Shown: in pieces, positions 27,200 to 37,717 of the stretch
Position numbering within the stretch: position 1 is the stretch's first letter
Layout: the number at the start of each line of letters is the position of its first letter
Virus record (IMG/VR): IMGVR_UViG_3300021090_000035
Span: 1 to 47,988 of that record
Length of the DNA: 47,988 bases
Source: a virus
Taxonomy: Duplodnaviria; Caudoviricetes
Direction: 5' to 3' (one strand)
Made by a program: the position numbers and the translations under genes
Notes under the pieces: model-generated
The model's input: only the letters and a program-made list of their open reading frames with translations
Database searches by the model: none
Told to the model about the DNA's origin: nothing

Positions 27200-27906
27200 G
27201 CGCAGTCTTTACACATATCAACGGTATCGGGCTCCCGAGACTGATTCTCATTTCTGATACGGTCTATACTTCCGGTTCCGGGACAACCTACACATCAACC
27301 ACGGTCACAGAAACCGGATCTCCTGTCCTGAGTGCGATTGTGGCCGGGATGAGAATATCGAGCTTTGCCGTCATTGCCGGACAACCGGATAAACCGGTAT
27401 ACGCAAAAGTAGTTTCCAAAGACGATACAAGCGATATCATTACGGTCGATGAATGGATCGGCGGGACTCCGACCAATGGACAGATTTATGTAGTTGATGG
27501 ATGGATCGTCGATCTTCCCCGAACTCAAGAGATGACGGAGGAATTTGATCCGGATCAGATCGTGCATCAATTGTACCGGGGCCGGGTAAAGACGAAATTC
27601 TACGGGTGGAAATACCGTTGCATACTGGATTATTCGAAATACATTCTGGCCGATACGATGGTAGCAATGCGGCCCATGCTTTCGGCAAAAACGACTGATA
27701 GGTTGATCCTTATCCCGAGAAGAGACGTGCCGGGTTTCAACTACAATGTATACTATGACGATATGATCGCGCTTACGAAGTTCGCGCTTCAGCCCGGATA
27801 TAGAAAAATCGGATTTGCTTTCGCAGGGAAAGAACTTTTGGCAAGCTTCCCCATTATTTCAGGTTATGGATTTGGCTACGCTCAAAATTACGGCACACAA
27901 CTTTAA
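27196..27906 (+). CDS. Putative distal tail protein
   Basis: Position; GYGFGY..NYG terminus common in tail proteins. Confidence 0.55.
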   Translation: MSAVFTHINGIGLPRLILISDTVYTSGSGTTYTSTTVTETGSPVLSAIVAGMRISSFAVIAGQPDKPVYAKVVSKDDTSDIITVDEWIGGTPTNGQIYVVDGWIVDLPRTQEMTEEFDPDQIVHQLYRGRVKTKFYGWKYRCILDYSKYILADTMVAMRPMLSAKTTDRLILIPRRDVPGFNYNVYYDDMIALTKFALQPGYRKIGFAFAGKELLASFPIISGYGFGYAQNYGTQL

Positions 27907-27915
27907 GGGATAATC

Positions 27916-28737
27916 ATGGCACGAGCAGGATCTGGCGATTCATTTGATATCGGAACGTGGGCGGACGGTGACAACCCGGGCGCCGGAAGTCAAAACTTTG
28001 CAGTCTTTTCCGATACGGGTTTGAATGGAAACTTCAAACGGTTCTGGAGAGCTATCAAGCTTCTCCTGAAGGTGGACGGCACGCTTAACGATGATCAGAT
28101 CGATGGCAACGCCATCAAAGCCTCTGCGGTTGACGGGTCCACCCTTGAAACCTCGGCGGCAACCGGAGCAAAGACCTTGAGGGTAAAAGACGGAGGAATT
28201 GTTGCCGCGAAGATTGGAGCCGGAGCGGTTATAACGGCAAAACTGGCTACCGATTCGGTTGATAATACCATTCTGAAAGACGATGCTTCGGTCGATGCTA
28301 ACCGGGCCGTGACAACCGATCATTTGCGAGATGCTTCTGTGACTGCCGCGAAACTCGCAAGCGATTCTGTGACCGCTCCGAAGATTACGCATGATAATAA
28401 CAGAACCAAGTTCCTGCTCGTCTTCACGCTCAACTCGCTCACTGGAACAGTCTACGGCTTCGTTAATAACATTCAACTGACGGCCTTGCTTGGTATTCCC
28501 ATGCCGCGGGCAGGATCGATTACCAGAGCAAAGGTAATTGAAGGAAACGGAACTGTATACACGGTCAGCTATAACTATGGAATAAAGACATTCGCCGTCG
28601 ATGCGAAGATGCAGGGAAATTTCGATGATGGAATCGGAGTGTACTGGCGCTATGTCGGTGGGGCTGATGAAGTGATTTCATCCACGCCAACGACAACCAA
28701 TTGCATTATTGTTCTGGAAGGTGAATTTGACGATTAA
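27916..28737 (+). CDS. Short tail fibre-like protein
   Basis: Repeated (V/I)T.AK(L/I)A.DSV fibre motif. Confidence 0.75.
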   Translation: MARAGSGDSFDIGTWADGDNPGAGSQNFAVFSDTGLNGNFKRFWRAIKLLLKVDGTLNDDQIDGNAIKASAVDGSTLETSAATGAKTLRVKDGGIVAAKIGAGAVITAKLATDSVDNTILKDDASVDANRAVTTDHLRDASVTAAKLASDSVTAPKITHDNNRTKFLLVFTLNSLTGTVYGFVNNIQLTALLGIPMPRAGSITRAKVIEGNGTVYTVSYNYGIKTFAVDAKMQGNFDDGIGVYWRYVGGADEVISSTPTTTNCIIVLEGEFDD

Positions 28738-28740
28738 CAA

Positions 28741-31700
28741 ATGAGAATCCTTTTCCCTGAATCACTGGACACTTTCAATCTCCCCGTTGATCGGGAGAGA
28801 AAGAATATCGGAACGAAACTTCCGGTAATCGAGAAAGGTGATGAGTGGTATATACTGCAAGAACTCGAAAAGATTGTCGGCTCTTTCGGTTCGGTTGATT
28901 CTACAAGTCATGAATACCGGATCGCTTTATTGGAGGCGGCTATTGCGACGCTGGCGGCAATTGCTTCGAGCAGTACGAGCGTTGTCAGCAACATCGCAAG
29001 CGATGCACGATCCGGGACCAAGGTAATTTCTGCTGCAGGGATTGACACCGTTATATTTGCCGAAGCAATGCCAGATGCAAACTATACGGTATTTGCCTAC
29101 GTGCAAACAGATATCGGTGCAGTTCTTGCCATACCGGATGTGAGCAGCTTTGGAGTGAGTGGGTTCGACGTTGATGTGCCGGATGCGGGGGATCTGTATT
29201 ATGTTGCTGTGTCAAAAAACGCCGGAAGCGGAGTAGGGGTTGCTGAACACAATCTTCTTTCGGCGTCGCACGGTGATACTCTTGCGGCAAGCGTTGTACG
29301 CGGTGATCTGATCATTGGAAATGCGACACCAAAATGGAGCCGCCTCGCCATTGGAACAAGCGGACAACTATTGCAAACAGATGGCACCGATGTCGCGTGG
29401 GCAACGATCAATACTGACCTTGTGCCGGAAGGCGCGACAAATCTGTATTTTACGAACGAGCGAGTTGACGATAGGGTAGCGGCATTACTGGTTGCAGGTA
29501 CGGGCATTGTGCTGACGTACAACGACGGCGCAGGCACATTGACCATTGATGGGTCGGCTACCGGGGCCCCGGATGATGCTCAATATCTTGTACTCGTTGC
29601 CAACGGTTCGTTATCGAACGAGCGCGTCCTCACACCTGGTGCGAGTCTGGTTGCGGTTGATAATGGGGCTGGGGCTGCATACGAGCTGAACACGATACAA
29701 GACATCCGCACCACAGCCATACCCGTATTTGCTGGCCTGACTCTCACCGGATTTTCTGGTGTTCTAAAAGCCACGGCTGGCGTTGTCTCCGGTGGAGCAA
29801 CGACTACCGATCTTGCCGAAGGAACGAACCTCTACTTTACCGACGAACGGGTGGACGATCGTGTAGCCGCGCTTCTTATAGCGGGAACGAATATCACGCT
29901 CACCTACAATGATCCGGCAAATACACTTACGATTGATGCCAGTATAACCGGGGCGGCTCCGGTAGGTGAAGCTTACGTCACTATCGGGAACACCGGTGGA
30001 CTATCGGCTGAACGCGCTTTGACTGGAACCGCGAATCAGATCACGGTCACTGACAACGGGGCAAATTCAACGGTTGTTCTTTCGACACCGCAGGATATTC
30101 ATACCGCCGCAAGCCCCACCTTTACCGGATTGACGCTTTCTGGACTCACGCACGCGCTTGTGAATTTCGACGGCTCTGGAGTAGCCTCCGAGATTTCTCA
30201 CTCTGTTATCGGTGGAGTGTTGTACTCGCAGGGCACAACGGCTGCTCCGATCTGGACGATCAATCCACTGATCGCCGGATATGTTCGCATTGGCAGTTCA
30301 TCCGCTCCATCCAACACGACGGCGGGAGACCTAACCGTTATACGGCTGAAGGTCGGTAATGCGGCGTTCGGTGACAATGCTTCAGTCCAGACCGACATTA
30401 CCAACACGGGAACTTCTGGCAACGAATTTGGCCATTATCTGATTCCAAATTACAACCCATCTGGGGCGACGACAGCGGCGTTTTACGGAGTGTTTCTTGA
30501 TGCCCGGCTTGCCGGAGTAGAAAATCTTGCAGGTATGACTGGTCTTGCTTCTGTGGTAAGGTTTAGTGCCAGCGGCAACGCCACGACCTTATCGGGAATA
30601 GCGCCTGTTGGATTCTATGGCTCCACGTCCGTCAACTTTGGAACCATAACAAATGTGATCGGCGCATCTGTACAATCTATCAATCACTTTACCAACAATC
30701 CGACCGGCACGATTTCCAATGCCGAGGGGATTAGAGTTCAAAATGCTTCGCGTGGCGGTGCGGGTATTACCATTACAAGACTGTCTGGTATTACCATTGC
30801 CGCGCAGACACTTGGGACGAACAACACAAATCTTCTTATCGGTACGACCTCCATCCCAACGGGAACATATTCGATTTACAATAGTTCGGCCTCAGCAAAC
30901 TACTTTACCGGTAACCTTATTATCGGTGTTGATGGTGCAGGGCGAGAACTCACGATCAGGAAAACATCTGCCAATGCTGGTATTCAACTGGTGTCGTCTG
31001 GCGGCTCTGGCAAAACGTGGGCAATTATTTCGGGTACTGGTGGTACATTCGATATACAGGATGATAGCGATAGCGCCCCATTGTTCCGTATAGCTGGAAG
31101 CGACGACTCGTTCCTGTTCTCAGGCTTCAGTAAAAGTACATGGACACAGACCGCTGCGTCATCCGGTACGAGAAACTTGTGGGTGGTGACGGGCGCGGCA
31201 CACACGGCGCAGACGGCAAGCACGGAACTCATCGACCTTAATTTCAATCTCGCTCGTACGGTGCAGTTTGCGACGGGAGCGATTGCAACTCAACGGGCGG
31301 TGGTTTTCCAAGCCCCGACCTATGCCGCTGTTGGTGCGAGTGTCATCACAAACGCCGCGACGCTGGCTATCACTGGAGCACCGATAGCTGGCGCGAATGT
31401 AACGATCACGCGGGCGATGGCTTTGTGGGTACAAGATGGCGCGATATATGCACCCAACAGTCGAATTGATGCCGACGCAGTAATTGCGTCAGACGCGCTG
31501 TCGGGTTTTAACATCTCGCTTAGCGGAGGTGAGTTTAGTATTTCAAGCGGAGTAGGCACTCATGGGTTGTTATATACCGGAGGATCGATTGTAGCGAAAA
31601 TCGATCACGTTGCCGTTGGCTCTGCTTTGGTCTCAGCCGGTACGACAACCGTTCCTGCGTGGAGTAATAAACTCCTTCTCGGTGCGGGTACCGCCGCAGA

Positions 31701-32196
31701 TGCAACTTACTCGTTTGACGGTGACCCCAATCTTGGCATGTACCGTTTCGCCGCAGATCAGCTTGGCTTTACTGCCAATGGTCTTTCGATGAGGCTTATC
31801 AACAATCAGGTACAGCTTGCAGATGGTACGGCAGGGGCTCCGGGCTACAGTTTTCTCTCGCAAACCAACATTGGTATGCGTCGTATTACGACGAGCCAAC
31901 TGGCTCTTGTCACGGCGGGTGCAGACAGAATCAGCATTGATGCAAGTGGAAATGTCGGAATTGGAACGATCACGTTTGGTACGAGTGCCGCCGGAGTTCT
32001 GGCTCTTTTTAACGGAACTGTACCATCGACAAGCCCGGCAGATACGGTACAATTATTCAGTGTCGATCTGTCGGCTGGTAATGCAACACTTGGTATCCGC
32101 ACCGAAACCGCCCTCGTCACCGAAACGGTTGTAAGCGACAGAACACTTTCAATCAAACACAACGGAGTAACCGTTAAACTCTGTATCAAAGCATAG
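28741..32196 (+). CDS. Long tail fibre / receptor-binding protein
   Basis: Duplicated TDL.EG.NLYFT.ERVDDRVAALL.AGT.I.LTYND...TLTID module, QDI.T.A.P.F.GLTL, P.YSF....GM, GNVGIGT. Confidence 0.88.
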   Translation: MRILFPESLDTFNLPVDRERKNIGTKLPVIEKGDEWYILQELEKIVGSFGSVDSTSHEYRIALLEAAIATLAAIASSSTSVVSNIASDARSGTKVISAAGIDTVIFAEAMPDANYTVFAYVQTDIGAVLAIPDVSSFGVSGFDVDVPDAGDLYYVAVSKNAGSGVGVAEHNLLSASHGDTLAASVVRGDLIIGNATPKWSRLAIGTSGQLLQTDGTDVAWATINTDLVPEGATNLYFTNERVDDRVAALLVAGTGIVLTYNDGAGTLTIDGSATGAPDDAQYLVLVANGSLSNERVLTPGASLVAVDNGAGAAYELNTIQDIRTTAIPVFAGLTLTGFSGVLKATAGVVSGGATTTDLAEGTNLYFTDERVDDRVAALLIAGTNITLTYNDPANTLTIDASITGAAPVGEAYVTIGNTGGLSAERALTGTANQITVTDNGANSTVVLSTPQDIHTAASPTFTGLTLSGLTHALVNFDGSGVASEISHSVIGGVLYSQGTTAAPIWTINPLIAGYVRIGSSSAPSNTTAGDLTVIRLKVGNAAFGDNASVQTDITNTGTSGNEFGHYLIPNYNPSGATTAAFYGVFLDARLAGVENLAGMTGLASVVRFSASGNATTLSGIAPVGFYGSTSVNFGTITNVIGASVQSINHFTNNPTGTISNAEGIRVQNASRGGAGITITRLSGITIAAQTLGTNNTNLLIGTTSIPTGTYSIYNSSASANYFTGNLIIGVDGAGRELTIRKTSANAGIQLVSSGGSGKTWAIISGTGGTFDIQDDSDSAPLFRIAGSDDSFLFSGFSKSTWTQTAASSGTRNLWVVTGAAHTAQTASTELIDLNFNLARTVQFATGAIATQRAVVFQAPTYAAVGASVITNAATLAITGAPIAGANVTITRAMALWVQDGAIYAPNSRIDADAVIASDALSGFNISLSGGEFSISSGVGTHGLLYTGGSIVAKIDHVAVGSALVSAGTTTVPAWSNKLLLGAGTAADATYSFDGDPNLGMYRFAADQLGFTANGLSMRLINNQVQLADGTAGAPGYSFLSQTNIGMRRITTSQLALVTAGADRISIDASGNVGIGTITFGTSAAGVLALFNGTVPSTSPADTVQLFSVDLSAGNATLGIRTETALVTETVVSDRTLSIKHNGVTVKLCIKA

Positions 32197-32211
32197 AAAG
32201 GATCGACCGGC

Positions 32212-32628
32212 ATGAAACACATCGTCTTAAATGAACTACTCGCCGAAACGAGCGAGCAGACCCACATGAAGAACAAAAAAGAAACATCTGAATCGATGAC
32301 TTCCTTCCAGTGGCAGACCCGGGTGGTACTGAATCTCGGCACACAGAACGGCAGCATCCGGCTGGACGCTGGCCAAACTCGGAAAGTCCGCAAGGCGCAG
32401 AAAGCCCTTGAGAAGTTCGCCCTGGATAAGGAAATCTATCTTGAGGATGAGGATTACCGGATCCTCTTCGGCACGGAGGATAACCCCGGCGCAATCCGCA
32501 AGTTCAACGGGTGGAATCTCGGAGAGTACACCGACGCCTACCTGGACGCATGGGAAGAGGCGAAGCAGGTGAGCCTTAAAGAGGTCGAGACGAAACTGAA
32601 GAAAGAAAGCAAGAAGGAGGCCGCGTGA
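32212..32628 (+). CDS. Hypothetical protein, possible fibre chaperone
   Basis: SD aaagga; follows fibre gene; highly charged. Confidence 0.65.
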   Translation: MKHIVLNELLAETSEQTHMKNKKETSESMTSFQWQTRVVLNLGTQNGSIRLDAGQTRKVRKAQKALEKFALDKEIYLEDEDYRILFGTEDNPGAIRKFNGWNLGEYTDAYLDAWEEAKQVSLKEVETKLKKESKKEAA

Positions 32629-33968
32629 AACGTATAATGCTCTTCCTACTATTGGCCCTGCAACTGTGCAGTGTCTTGGTGTCGGCGCAGACCCCTTCGC
32701 AAACCACCGGCAATTATTACGGGCGGTTTGATTTCCTGAGTGCCTATCGTGGTCGCGTCATTACGGTCAACGATACCGCATTCATCATGTTCTATATGAA
32801 GTGGGACTCCATCGGAACCCCGACAATGCCAGCCGCAGAATCTACAGCCTACATATTCTACGGCGGGCAAGGCCGGTTTGACATTCTTTATCCCGATGGC
32901 ACGAAGCATAACCTTGACTCAGCCGGGTCGGCCCAGGTCATCGTCAACATGTGGGGCGATGGATCAGACGGCGACGCAACTATATCGGGCGGCACGACAA
33001 CACTGACGCGGGATATGAACTATGATGACCTCACAATATCTTCAACGGGCTTTCTGAACACTGCGGGTTTCCGTGTGAAGGCGTTGGACTCGATCATCAT
33101 TCAGGGGGCGATTGTTGATACCGGGATCACTGGCAACAACGGCGCGAATGGGACAAACGGCGGGGATGGGGTAGGTGGTAATCCGGGGAACGGGGGAGCG
33201 GCGTTGACATGTTTCGTCGATGGATATCTCGCAAGACTCAATCCCTCGGCATCAACGATACTCGGCTCTGGAGGGCAGGGTGGATCGAACGGTGCAACGG
33301 GACAGACGCAAACCAACGGACTTGTGAGTCGCATGCAAGGCGTCTCAGGTGGCACGGGCGGACATGGGGGAGCAAGATTGCCGAGTGATCCGGTTGTTGG
33401 TGCAGGCGGTGCGGCTGGATCATTCACCGTCGCGGCGGCGGGTGCGGGTGATATGCAGAATATGATATCGATGTATCTCTGGCGTGGGTTCACGTCGACG
33501 GCAATTCTCTTCCCGAGATATGTAGGATTTTCAGGCGGCGGTGGGGGGGGATCGGGTGGAGATTCAACATCTGGTGCAAACATTGGAAAGGGCGGCGGCG
33601 GCGGTGGAGGGGGATCGGGTCAACCGGGCGGTAACATTTGGCTCGCTGCTCCGCATATCGTTGGCAGTGGGTTTATTCGTGTCGACGGCGGGAAAGGTGG
33701 AAACGGTGGGAACGGCGGGGATGCATATAATCTTGAACTCGGCGGTGGTGGTGGAGGGGAAGGTGGTGGTGGTGGTGGTGGATCGGCAGGGATTATCAAT
33801 CTGTTCTATCACTTCAAAGACGGTGCGCTCACGATCTCAGCAACGGGTGGAGTCGGCGGGACGAAAGGGACACCCGGGACGAGCTTTGGGAATTTCTCTC
33901 AACCTGCGAATGACGGCGCGAACGGTACGAATGGCAACACGGGGATCATAAACTACTGGAGTTTCTAA
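32625..33968 (+). CDS. Signal-peptide glycine-rich protein (polyglycine-type phage adhesin domain)
   Basis: MKRIMLFLLLALQLCSVLVSA|Q; WGDGSDG motif followed by multiple poly-Gly runs. Confidence 0.82.
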   Translation: MKRIMLFLLLALQLCSVLVSAQTPSQTTGNYYGRFDFLSAYRGRVITVNDTAFIMFYMKWDSIGTPTMPAAESTAYIFYGGQGRFDILYPDGTKHNLDSAGSAQVIVNMWGDGSDGDATISGGTTTLTRDMNYDDLTISSTGFLNTAGFRVKALDSIIIQGAIVDTGITGNNGANGTNGGDGVGGNPGNGGAALTCFVDGYLARLNPSASTILGSGGQGGSNGATGQTQTNGLVSRMQGVSGGTGGHGGARLPSDPVVGAGGAAGSFTVAAAGAGDMQNMISMYLWRGFTSTAILFPRYVGFSGGGGGGSGGDSTSGANIGKGGGGGGGGSGQPGGNIWLAAPHIVGSGFIRVDGGKGGNGGNGGDAYNLELGGGGGGEGGGGGGGSAGIINLFYHFKDGALTISATGGVGGTKGTPGTSFGNFSQPANDGANGTNGNTGIINYWSF

Positions 33969-36900
33969 TGAAATCCTTCTTAACATTTTTAGTCATCGTT
34001 GTTACAACATTTGCGAATGCTCAAGAGCAACCCATTAGCTTGCTCGTCAAGATGAAGCCGGGGAAACGCATCGGGCAATTAACGGACCGGGGACTTGGCA
34101 AGAATCCTAAGAAAGCCTACAAGACTCGCTTCGCAGATTCAGCGCTCGACAGGTGGTACAAGATTGAAGCGACTCAAGACGATAAACAATTCGCACAGTG
34201 GCTTCGTCACAAGCACCGCGATATCGTCGATGAAATAGTTGAGGAAATATCTTTGCAGACGCAGGACACTCCCTCCAACGATCCTATTCAACCGTGGAGC
34301 ATGGCGAAGGTGAGTGCTCCGGCGGCGTGGGATATTACAAAGGGAAGTAAGCAAATCATTCTCAGTGTGGTTGATACCGGAATTGACTGGTTGCATCCTG
34401 ACCTACAAGGCAACATCTGGAGCAATACAGGTGAGATAGCAGGTAACGGAATTGACGATGACTCGAACGGATATATCGATGACACACGCGGATGGGATTT
34501 CGTCAATAACGATAACGATCCAATGGACGATCAGGGGCACGGAACGCATTGCGCTGGTACGACCGGAGCGGTGGGGAATAACGGCATCGGTGTTGTGGGT
34601 ATCAATTGGGTACTCTCGATAATGCCCGTCAAGGTTTTGGATAAAACAGGAAGCGGATCGTTCACGAACGTCACAACAGGGATAATCTATGCAATCGACA
34701 ATGGGGCGCGACCGATATCACTTTCACTTGGTGGTGGGGGTCCGATCAATTACCCTCCGATGGTGGATGTGCAGAAATATGCAGAGGCCCACAACGCAAT
34801 TCTCATAGTTGCGGCTGGTAACTCCAATCAGGACGCGCTCAATTCCGTTCCTGCGAATGTCGATGACGTGATATCAGTCGGAGCAACAACTGAATTGGAC
34901 GTCAAGGCCGGTTTCTCAAATCATACGCACAACATGGTATCAGCGCCGGGTACAAACATTCCTTCTTGCAGAGCGAAAGGAACGAATCTTTACGGCGACC
35001 TGAATCATTTCATTCCGGCAGGTGATACTTCGTCACAGTATTACCTTTTGAATGGTACATCAATGTCCACCCCACTTGTGGCCGGAGAGGTTGCGCTTCT
35101 CTTATCGAAATATCCCGAGCTTACCCCCGGAGAAGTTCGTCAGGTCGTAAAGCACGGGACCGACGATTTAGGGGCTATCGGACAGGACGCATCATTCGGA
35201 TGGGGCAGGATTAACGCCTTGCGTACGCTACAGGCGGCTCAGGTGGGGGTTTTGAGCCCTAATCTGAGCAACCTTCCCTCTGCCACGACGATCACGGGCT
35301 CCTACGCGATCCTGGGAACAATAACCGGCAACGGACTTGCGGGCTGGAAATTGGAGTACGGCGGCTTTTCGGGATGGACGCAGATGGTCGTTGGAACATC
35401 CAGCACGATCAATGTCACTTACAATACTGGTTTGATCCCTGATGGACTCACAGGCATCCGGCTTGTAGCAATTCACACCGATGGACGAGAGTTTGTTTGT
35501 GAACGATTCAATATCACGGTCGATAATCTTGACCTTGAAATAACTTCTCCGTGGCAACCGCTCATCACTGCCGGGCTTATTCAAATCTCCGGCATCATTG
35601 TGCCTAAATCTGGACTCGTCATTTCAGGCTACACGCTTGATTACGGCGTAGGGGATAATCCGGCGAGCTTTAATCGTATTGCATCGGGCAGCGCACCATT
35701 CACAGGCGTTCTGGGGACGTGGGATACAAAGGGATTCACCGATGGAACCAATTACACGCTTCGTCTTACCGCCTCCAATGGAGTTGAAACACGGCGCACA
35801 GTGAAATTGGACACAATGCTTGTGCCCGGTTATCCGATCTTGCTTCATCATGTCACATCGGATTACAAGACTCGTCATCAAAGCATCCCGAACAACGTGC
35901 CGATCCTGAAAGACCTAAACATTGACGGAGTAGAGGACTATATCGGAGCCGGAGGGAAAACCGTTGTGTTGAATGGCGTGGTTGTTCTCACCGATAGCGT
36001 CATCGAAGGAGTAGCGGCGACAGATTTGGATGGGGACGGTAAGAGCGAAATCATTGTTTCATCGCGACACACAAGTTCATATTACCCAACTCTGAAAATT
36101 CTTCGTTCTGACGGAACACTGAAAACGATCTTCAGCGAATTATTGAAGTCTGGTACTCCGGCGGTGTTTGATTTGAACGGTGACGGGTTGCCTGAAATGA
36201 TTTACCTGAACGCCTACAACCGGATGCAAGCCGTGAATATCAACGGGCAATCTGCTCCGGGATTCCCGGTGACAGAACTTGGTGCTTCACCGGTAGGAAC
36301 AGGATTGACGGCTATGCCACACGTTGCGGTGAATAAGAACGGTATGCTGGCAACAATGAATGGTCTTTCGACAATGAAGGCGTTCTCCCGCACAGGTCAA
36401 GTGTTGTGGAATCTTTTGTTGCCCCCAATCGAGACAAAGCCGGTCGTTGGTTGCGTCCCGATTTTTGCTGATACGGATGGTGACGGAATAGAAGAATTAT
36501 TCGTAGTTACAAATGTCTGGACGTGTGGAAGCTGTTACAAGTCTCAACTCCATGCCATTGAAGCTGCGACCGGGACAATCACCGCCTCGTTTGATCTTCC
36601 CAATTACGGCAGTGGTGGATATGCCGAGCCTCCGGCTGGAGTAGTGCTTGACAAGGGGTTTCATGAAGTGATCGTGAACGTCTTTGGAAAGATTTTTCGC
36701 TATACCAAGAACGGTCTATCGGCTCCGTATTTTTCTTCACCTGCACCATCAACCAGCATATTCAATTCTGTTGCGGCGTATCGGGCGAGTGACGGTATGA
36801 CGAATTTTCTTTGGACTGAAGCCCGTGGCCGGGTAGTGTGCATGAGTTTCGACGGTCAGACGCAATTTGTTCGTGAATCCCGCACCGGTTCAAGTCCATA

Positions 36901-37717
36901 CGGGTATGCGTTCATGAGTAGCGCTATGAGCGCGGGGCGCACAGCATTCGGTCTTACCACAAGCTACGCCGTCGCGTTAGCACCGAATGGGACGTACTTC
37001 TATTTTGATAACTTGAGTTTCTACCTCTGGAAAATCCCGAACGGCCAAGCACTTGAGCCATGGTCACAGCACAGAAACAATCCGGCGCAGTCCGGGTCTT
37101 CTCCGGTCAACGGAGTTCCTGATCCTCCAACTCCGCGCCCGGACGCGCCGATTCTTTCATCGCCCCCGAACGGAACACAAGGCTTGAGCGCCGGAACGAT
37201 TGAGTTCTTATGGACCGGACAGGGGGCGAGTTCTTATCGTTTTCAACTCTCGAGCAATTCATCGTTCGGCACAGTATTGGTTGACAGGCTTACAATCAGT
37301 CCGTCAACAACCGTAACAAGTCTTTCGGAAGGAACGATATATTACTGGCGCGTTCAGGCGCAAGCCTCAGGTGGAACAAGCGATTGGTCAGCGATTTATA
37401 CTTTCTCAACTCAGAGTGCCACGCCGACGCCTGTCAATCAAGCGCCGACTGTTACGATCAGTTTTCCAATTGATGGTTCCACCGTCCCGAGGAAATCAAG
37501 CATCTACATTCTTGTGAAGGCGACAGATGACGTGAAGGTGGTCAAAACCGTTCTGTATATCAACGGTATACAAACCTCATCGGTAGCAACCGGGGGCGAC
37601 CTCAAATTCCCGTGGCGCGTACCCAATGCCCCGAATAAAATAATCTCAATTCAGGTCATTGCTACAGATGAGGCGGGATTAACGGGCATGGCAACTTCAA
37701 GGGTGACGACGAAATGA
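33968..37717 (+). CDS. Secreted subtilisin-like S8 peptidase with Ig-like, FG-GAP, FN3 and Big domains
   Basis: Signal peptide ..TTFANA|Q; triad VVDTG, HGTHCAG, GTSMSTP; AAGN; DLDGDG/DLNGDG/DTDGDG repeats; YYWRVQA..SDWS; NQAPTVTI..P..ATDD. Confidence 0.93.
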   Translation: MKSFLTFLVIVVTTFANAQEQPISLLVKMKPGKRIGQLTDRGLGKNPKKAYKTRFADSALDRWYKIEATQDDKQFAQWLRHKHRDIVDEIVEEISLQTQDTPSNDPIQPWSMAKVSAPAAWDITKGSKQIILSVVDTGIDWLHPDLQGNIWSNTGEIAGNGIDDDSNGYIDDTRGWDFVNNDNDPMDDQGHGTHCAGTTGAVGNNGIGVVGINWVLSIMPVKVLDKTGSGSFTNVTTGIIYAIDNGARPISLSLGGGGPINYPPMVDVQKYAEAHNAILIVAAGNSNQDALNSVPANVDDVISVGATTELDVKAGFSNHTHNMVSAPGTNIPSCRAKGTNLYGDLNHFIPAGDTSSQYYLLNGTSMSTPLVAGEVALLLSKYPELTPGEVRQVVKHGTDDLGAIGQDASFGWGRINALRTLQAAQVGVLSPNLSNLPSATTITGSYAILGTITGNGLAGWKLEYGGFSGWTQMVVGTSSTINVTYNTGLIPDGLTGIRLVAIHTDGREFVCERFNITVDNLDLEITSPWQPLITAGLIQISGIIVPKSGLVISGYTLDYGVGDNPASFNRIASGSAPFTGVLGTWDTKGFTDGTNYTLRLTASNGVETRRTVKLDTMLVPGYPILLHHVTSDYKTRHQSIPNNVPILKDLNIDGVEDYIGAGGKTVVLNGVVVLTDSVIEGVAATDLDGDGKSEIIVSSRHTSSYYPTLKILRSDGTLKTIFSELLKSGTPAVFDLNGDGLPEMIYLNAYNRMQAVNINGQSAPGFPVTELGASPVGTGLTAMPHVAVNKNGMLATMNGLSTMKAFSRTGQVLWNLLLPPIETKPVVGCVPIFADTDGDGIEELFVVTNVWTCGSCYKSQLHAIEAATGTITASFDLPNYGSGGYAEPPAGVVLDKGFHEVIVNVFGKIFRYTKNGLSAPYFSSPAPSTSIFNSVAAYRASDGMTNFLWTEARGRVVCMSFDGQTQFVRESRTGSSPYGYAFMSSAMSAGRTAFGLTTSYAVALAPNGTYFYFDNLSFYLWKIPNGQALEPWSQHRNNPAQSGSSPVNGVPDPPTPRPDAPILSSPPNGTQGLSAGTIEFLWTGQGASSYRFQLSSNSSFGTVLVDRLTISPSTTVTSLSEGTIYYWRVQAQASGGTSDWSAIYTFSTQSATPTPVNQAPTVTISFPIDGSTVPRKSSIYILVKATDDVKVVKTVLYINGIQTSSVATGGDLKFPWRVPNAPNKIISIQVIATDEAGLTGMATSRVTTK

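Noticed and set aside
28741-33968. Diversity-generating retroelement or invertible tail-fibre cassette
   Set aside because: No reverse transcriptase, invertase, template/variable repeat pair or inverted fibre fragments were seen
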